DNA of 64,000 nucleotides, from NCBI GenBank assembly GCA_949292425.1, contig CASEZK010000058.1, positions 5 through 64,004 of the forward strand. The letters are read 5' to 3'. Below are positions 59,398 through 64,000 of this stretch, one piece after another. A program made the translations under genes and the position numbers. The notes beneath the pieces are model-generated. The model searched no databases, had not been told where the DNA came from, and saw only the letters and a program-made list of their open reading frames with translations. Each line of letters begins with the position of its first letter. Position 1 is the stretch's first letter. Source of the DNA: an uncultured Oscillospiraceae bacterium (GTDB lineage Bacteria > Bacillota > Clostridia > Oscillospirales > Acutalibacteraceae).

Positions 59398-59751
59398 TTA
59401 TTTTACAGTTTTAGCTTTTTCCACCAGAGCTGTAAACCCTGCTGCGTCAGAAATAGCGATTTCGGACAACATCTTGCGGTTTAGTTCAATGCCAGCTTTT
59501 TTCAAGCCATTCATAAATGAAGAGTAATTTATACCGTTCATTTTGCATGCAGCTGAAATTCTCGTTATCCATAAACGTCTGAAATCACGCTTTTTTTGTC
59601 TTCTGCCAATATAAGCATAGTTCCCTGATTTCATAACGGCTTCTTTAGCCATTTTAAAGTGCTTACTTTTAGCACCCCAATAGCCTTTAGCTAATTTAAG
59701 TACTTTTTTTCTTCTTTTCCTGGTTGCTAATGCACCTTTAACTCGTGCCAT
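59398..59751 (-). CDS. rplT: 50S ribosomal protein L20
   Basis: Sequence [26 protein letters not shown]. Confidence 0.95.
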   Translation of the reverse strand: MARVKGALATRKRRKKVLKLAKGYWGAKSKHFKMAKEAVMKSGNYAYIGRRQKKRDFRRLWITRISAACKMNGINYSSFMNGLKKAGIELNRKMLSEIAISDAAGFTALVEKAKTVK

Positions 59752-59776
59752 TTTCGTTCCCTCCGATATATAAACT

Positions 59777-59974
59777 TTATTTGTATGGTATAAGTCTTTT
59801 TATTTGAAAAACATTGGTCTTATCAGTAATAGCTGTCTTTCTGAGACCTCTTTTTCTTTTTGTTGTTTTCTTGTTTAAAATGTGAGACTTATTAGCGTGA
59901 GCACGAATAACTTTTCCGCTTTTTGAAAGTTTAAAGCGTTTTTTCGCCCCGCTATGTGTTTTAATTTTAGGCAT
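59777..59974 (-). CDS. rpmI: 50S ribosomal protein L35
   Basis: Sequence [21 protein letters not shown]. Confidence 0.95.
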   Translation of the reverse strand: MPKIKTHSGAKKRFKLSKSGKVIRAHANKSHILNKKTTKRKRGLRKTAITDKTNVFQIKRLIPYK

Positions 59975-59998
59975 TTCATTTCCTCCTTAAAAATCATG

Positions 59999-60517
59999 TT
60001 ACTTGCTAGGTTTTGGAGCAAGGAACATTAACATACTACGACCTTCCAACTTCGCTGGTTTTTCTACGCAAGCAAATTCACTGCAAGAGCTGCTGAACTT
60101 ATTCATAATATCGTGTCCAAGTTCTGGATGTCCCATTTCGCGCCCCCTAAAACGAATTGAAACTTTAACTTTATTACCTTGTTTTACAAATTTTTCTGCA
60201 TGTTTGAGTTTGGTATTAAAGTCATGCGTATCAATATTTAAGGACAAACGTATCTCTTTAAGCTCAATAGTTTTCTGGTTCTTTTTGGCCTCTTTTTCTC
60301 TCTTTGCCATTTCAAACCGATACTTGCCATAATCCATAATCTTGCACACAGGCGGGGCAGCTTTAGGGGCTATCTTGACAAGGTCAAGGTTTTTACTTAC
60401 AGCTAATTGCAAAGCTTCCTTTGCGCAAACTATACCGAGCTGAGCACCGTCATCTCCGATGAGACGTAACTCTTTATCGCGTATTTCTTCGTTAATCTGT
60501 AGTTCCTTATTGCTAAT
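59999..60517 (-). CDS. infC: translation initiation factor IF-3 with ATT start codon
   Basis: The ORF track begins at an internal Met. The frame stays open upstream as ISNKELQINEEIRDKELRLIGDDGAQLGIV. ATT lies 7 nt after the ggaggtg RBS. A non-AUG start is the known IF3 autoregulation feature. Confidence 0.9.
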   Translation of the reverse strand: MSNKELQINEEIRDKELRLIGDDGAQLGIVCAKEALQLAVSKNLDLVKIAPKAAPPVCKIMDYGKYRFEMAKREKEAKKNQKTIELKEIRLSLNIDTHDFNTKLKHAEKFVKQGNKVKVSIRFRGREMGHPELGHDIMNKFSSSCSEFACVEKPAKLEGRSMLMFLAPKPSK

Positions 60518-60542
60518 ATTTAAGCACCTCCAAAAATTATAT

Positions 60543-60576
60543 AAAACAAAATGCGAATGGAATTTTCCCTTCGCAC
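60543..60576 (-). promoter_or_regulatory. terminator-like hairpin in the infC leader (L20-leader-type attenuator candidate)
   Basis: On the minus strand, a tgcgaaggg...ccattcgca stem followed by TTTTGTTTT, immediately upstream of the infC RBS. Confidence 0.4.
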
Positions 60577-60782
60577 GTCAATAAAAACTTAGAATCTAAG
60601 CTTTGAAAATATTGACCCATGCAGACAAAACCCCATAGGTGAAAATGAATAATCATTTCACTTTGTTTTTACTTTTAAAGAGTAACATATTTTATTTGTT
60701 TCGTCAAGCTATTTTTTAGCTTGCTTTTTCCCTTTTAAAAATTTTACTGTTGTGTTATTATGTGGATAAAGAAAATTTTTAG

Positions 60783-61112
60783 GTGGTGACAGATTTTCTC
60801 TCTATGTTTTACAGTAAAGTTTACTATTGGACAAAGAAAATTCCGAAAGGCAAGGTTGCAACTTATGGACTAATTGCAATTTTGTGTAAGTCTCCAAACG
60901 CATCTAGAGTAGTTGGCAATGCCCTGCATCATAACCCTGACCCGCCTGAAATACCATGCCATCGAGTTGTTAACAAAGATGGATGTTTAGCAAAAAAGTT
61001 TGGCGATGGAGGGAAATCTGCTCAAAAGGAACGGCTAGAGAACGAGGGAGTGTTTGTAGATGAAAACTTTAAGGTAGACCTGTCTAAATATTTATGGAAC
61101 CCTTTTTTATAA
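60783..61112 (+). CDS. MGMT-family protein (methylated-DNA-protein-cysteine methyltransferase DNA-binding domain only; start may be ATG 60804)
   Basis: IPKGKVATYG...PCHRVV motif with the active-site Cys. Confidence 0.8.
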   Translation: MVTDFLSMFYSKVYYWTKKIPKGKVATYGLIAILCKSPNASRVVGNALHHNPDPPEIPCHRVVNKDGCLAKKFGDGGKSAQKERLENEGVFVDENFKVDLSKYLWNPFL

Positions 61113-61137
61113 CAAGTTCAAATTAGGAGTGAAAGTT

Positions 61138-62127
61138 ATGTCAAATTCAAATGGAAAAACGTCTTATTTACAAAGTATACCAAAGCTACATATATTAAAA
61201 GATGTAGGTACTAAAACCATAGAAACTGAAAGGTTGCTTTTAAGAAAGTTTAAGGTTGAAGATGCAAAAGATATGTACAACAATTGGGCTACAGATCCGG
61301 AAGTTTCAAGGTATGTCAATTGGTTGCCACATAAGTGCATAGAAGAGACTGAAGAAATTATATCTTTATGGGTTTCTCAATACGAAAATGAGCATTGTTA
61401 CCGATGGTGTATTGTAGATAAAGCTAGCAATGAGGCTATTGGCAGCATAGATGTAGTTCATCTCTTTAAAGAGGCTTGTTGTGCGGAAATAGGCTATGCC
61501 ATGTCTAGAAAATTTTGGGGTAAAGGCATAATGACAGAAGTTTTCAAAGCAGTTATAGCTTACCTTTTCGACAAAGCAAATTTTAACCGTATACAAGCTC
61601 GATTTGACGTTGATAATCCTGCGTCGGGTAGAGTTATGCAAAAAGCTGGACTTAGCTATGAGGGCACAATGCGTCAGCCGAACACCGATAATACTGGACA
61701 TTTTTGCAGTTGTACATTGTATTCTATATTAAGAGAAGAATACTTAAAAATGAAAGAGCAATATAAAAACTTAGAAATGAAGACAAATAAAAGCTTCTGG
61801 GATCTGCTTGATGAAATGGTTAAAAATTCTGAAATAATAATAATAGATAGGCCAAAGAGCACAGCACACCCTAGGTTTAAAGAGGCTATTTATCCATTGG
61901 ACTATGGTTACTTAAGCGGCACAACTGCATGCGACGGAGAAGGCATAGATATTTTCGTCGGTTCTATGAGCAGCAAAAAAGTAGATGCTATATTGTGCAC
62001 TGTAGATTATTTAAAGAAAGACTCAGAAATAAAAATAATGCTTGGTTGCACGGAAGAAGAAAAAATGGCAGCTCATAACTTTTTAAATTCTACTAGCTTT
62101 ATGAAGAACATTTTAATACGTAGATAA
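61138..62127 (+). CDS. fusion protein: RimJ/RimL-type GNAT N-acetyltransferase + C-terminal inorganic-pyrophosphatase-like domain
   Basis: N-terminal: ETERLLLRKFKVEDAKDMYNNWATDPEVSRY. C-terminal: AIYPLDYGYLSGTTACDGEGIDIFVGS, which resembles the PPase YP.NYG...DGDP.DV motif. Confidence 0.65.
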   Translation: MSNSNGKTSYLQSIPKLHILKDVGTKTIETERLLLRKFKVEDAKDMYNNWATDPEVSRYVNWLPHKCIEETEEIISLWVSQYENEHCYRWCIVDKASNEAIGSIDVVHLFKEACCAEIGYAMSRKFWGKGIMTEVFKAVIAYLFDKANFNRIQARFDVDNPASGRVMQKAGLSYEGTMRQPNTDNTGHFCSCTLYSILREEYLKMKEQYKNLEMKTNKSFWDLLDEMVKNSEIIIIDRPKSTAHPRFKEAIYPLDYGYLSGTTACDGEGIDIFVGSMSSKKVDAILCTVDYLKKDSEIKIMLGCTEEEKMAAHNFLNSTSFMKNILIRR

Positions 62128-62152
62128 TTAACATTTTTTTGGGGGCAAGGTT

Positions 62153-62971
62153 ATGCGTAAAAACTTAAATGAAACGTGCATGAAGATTAGGAAACTTATT
62201 TTAAAAACAATAGGTGCGTTGGGTGTCGGGCATATAGGCGGGTCTCTGTCCATAGTAGAGCTTTTAGTTGTGCTTTATGAAAAGCACATGAACGTAGACC
62301 CAAAGAATCCTAAAAAATATGGAAGAGACAGACTAGTTGTCTCAAAAGGCCATGCTGGACCTGCTGTTTATTCTGTTTTGTGCTATGAAGGTTTCTTTGA
62401 CGAAAGCTGGTTATTGACTTTAAACAAACCGGGAACTAATCTTCCCAGTCATTGCGATATGAACAAAACCCCTGGAATCGATATGACTACCGGTTCTTTG
62501 GGTCAAGGTTTTTCTTGTGCTATGGGCATAGCGAAGGCTTCACAGCTTAAAAAAGATGGCGCAACGATTTATACGATTATTGGAGATGGAGAAACTCAGG
62601 AGGGGCAAATATGGGAAGCGGCAATGTTTGCTTCTCAGCACAGACTTAATAATGTCATAGCTTTTACAGACTACAATAAGCTACAACTTGATGGAAAAGT
62701 TTGCGACATATGTGACATTGAGCCGTTAAATAAAAAATGGCAGGCTTTTAATTGGAACACAATAGTAGTAAAGGATGGTCACAACTGTGATGAGATAGAT
62801 AGGGCTATTAGTATGGCGAAAAGGACCGATAAACCTTCTATGATTATTTTAAATACAATAAAAGGGAAGGGCGTAAGTTTTGCAGAAAATGCAGGTGTGA
62901 GCAATCACAGCATGACTATATCTGATGAAATGTTAAAATGCGGCTTAGCTGAGTTAGGAGGAATGGCTTAA
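62153..62971 (+). CDS. transketolase, N-terminal (TPP-binding) subunit
   Basis: Contains GHIGGSLS, SKGHAGPA and GDGETQEGQIWEA. Confidence 0.9.
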   Translation: MRKNLNETCMKIRKLILKTIGALGVGHIGGSLSIVELLVVLYEKHMNVDPKNPKKYGRDRLVVSKGHAGPAVYSVLCYEGFFDESWLLTLNKPGTNLPSHCDMNKTPGIDMTTGSLGQGFSCAMGIAKASQLKKDGATIYTIIGDGETQEGQIWEAAMFASQHRLNNVIAFTDYNKLQLDGKVCDICDIEPLNKKWQAFNWNTIVVKDGHNCDEIDRAISMAKRTDKPSMIILNTIKGKGVSFAENAGVSNHSMTISDEMLKCGLAELGGMA

Positions 62972-63903
62972 TGGAGATTCGCAAAGTTTTAGCACAGACA
63001 CTCGATGACCTGATGGCGAAAAACGAAAATATAGTCCTGATTGATGCAGATTTATCAAAACCAAATGGCTTATCGGGTTTAAAAGATAAATACCCTAAAA
63101 GAGCTATGGACATAGGTATAGCTGAACAAAACATGGCCTGCATAGCGGCGGGAATGAGCAGCTACGGATTTGTCCCATTCATTTCAACATTTACGGCTTT
63201 TGCTTCCAGAAGAATATGTGATCAGATTGCTATTTCGTGCGCTTATGCAAAACAAAATGTTAAAATAATTGCTACAGACCCTGGAATTAGTGCAGAATAT
63301 AACGGTGGCACACATATGAGCTTTGAAGATGTAGGAGTGCTTCGCAGCATACCAGAAATAGTAATAGTTGAACCGACAGATTGTATTCAACTGAAAAAGC
63401 TTCTTCCTCAAATAGTGAACCATTACGGTGTTGTTTATATTCGAACTCTAAGAAAAGAAGTAACGGATGTATTTTCTGAAAACGATAATTTTGATTTATT
63501 TAAATCAACTAAACTACAAGACGGCAAAGATGTGTCTATTTTTTGTTCAGGGCTGATGGTTCAAGAAACTTTGATGGCTAATAAAATTTTAAAAGAACAG
63601 GGCATAAATGCGGATATTATAAATATATACACGACTAAACCTATAGACAAAGACGCGATAATAAAATCGGCAAAAAAGACAGGAGCGGTTGTTACGGCTG
63701 AAAATCATAATTTAATTGGAGGATTGAGGTCGGCTGTAACTGAGGTTTTATCTGAAAACTATCCTGTGTATGTAAAATCGATAGGCGTAAATGATAAATT
63801 TGGGCAAGTTGGGAAAATGCCATACTTAAAAGAGCAGTACAACATGCGTGCTGAAGATATAATAGAAAAAGTTAAGGAAGTTTTAGCACTTAAGAGAACA
63901 TAG
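62971..63903 (+). CDS. transketolase, C-terminal (pyrimidine-binding) subunit
   Basis: Contains DIGIAEQNM, GGTHMSFEDV and an ATGA-style junction with the N subunit gene. Confidence 0.9.
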   Translation: MEIRKVLAQTLDDLMAKNENIVLIDADLSKPNGLSGLKDKYPKRAMDIGIAEQNMACIAAGMSSYGFVPFISTFTAFASRRICDQIAISCAYAKQNVKIIATDPGISAEYNGGTHMSFEDVGVLRSIPEIVIVEPTDCIQLKKLLPQIVNHYGVVYIRTLRKEVTDVFSENDNFDLFKSTKLQDGKDVSIFCSGLMVQETLMANKILKEQGINADIINIYTTKPIDKDAIIKSAKKTGAVVTAENHNLIGGLRSAVTEVLSENYPVYVKSIGVNDKFGQVGKMPYLKEQYNMRAEDIIEKVKEVLALKRT

Positions 63904-64000
63904 TGCAATTTTTAAACTATTGTGCCTTCTATAAGTATGCTGTTATCGTCAGTGTTTGCCGGTACGCAAATGCCGCATTCGTCGTTTTTTGACGGTATAG

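Noticed and set aside
63929-64000. Open minus-strand frame running off the window end (…AFAYRQTLTITAYL-stop)
   Set aside because: Only 23 codons are visible, so it cannot be supported as a gene.

Overview
The window looks like a low-GC Firmicutes (Clostridia-like) chromosome, judged by eye from gene content and order; no database search was possible. The core content is housekeeping. It includes plsY-der and a complete S10-spc-alpha ribosomal superoperon (rpsJ to rplQ, about 4.3-20.2 kb, including secY-adk-map-KOW-infA-rpmJ). It also includes gap, eno, tyrS, a clostridial ferredoxin, rsmI, RNase P RNA, ridA-aroQ-yqeG-rpsU, tRNA-Thr and tRNA-Tyr, and pcrA. Further on are proS, a phosphohexomutase, comM, dapF-dapL, feoAB, infC-rpmI-rplT and a split transketolase. 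All four mobile elements look dead: an IS5-like relic at 34-825, an IS1-like relic at 20.4-21.2 kb, an IS110 N-terminal relic at 50.3 kb, and a group II intron whose reverse-transcriptase ORF is almost entirely deleted at about 39.7-40.9 kb. The most unusual content is a scattered set of five ORFs with double-glycine (bacteriocin/Nif11-type) leaders, with no C39-peptidase ABC exporter anywhere in the 64 kb. (i) A minus-strand three-gene cluster at 30.2-34.3 kb encodes a 1058-aa protein whose N-terminus is a Nif11-like GG leader fused to a TM helix, a long coiled coil and a repeated ~58-aa module. It is followed by a GNAT acetyltransferase with a C-terminal Cys cluster and a 64-aa GG-leader peptide. 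(ii) Two paralogous GG-leader small proteins lie at 1.18-1.69 kb. (iii) An orphan Nif11-type precursor with a perfect consensus promoter sits after feoB. Other items worth a second look: a signal-peptide/TM-anchored standalone ClpB-NBD2/torsin-like AAA+ protein in a small islet between pcrA and proS, an in-frame TAG inside rplN, a 445-bp insertion inside the S10 operon, a frameshifted spoIID, and a GC-rich nested palindrome after dapF. No CRISPR array, rRNA or intact transposase was seen.
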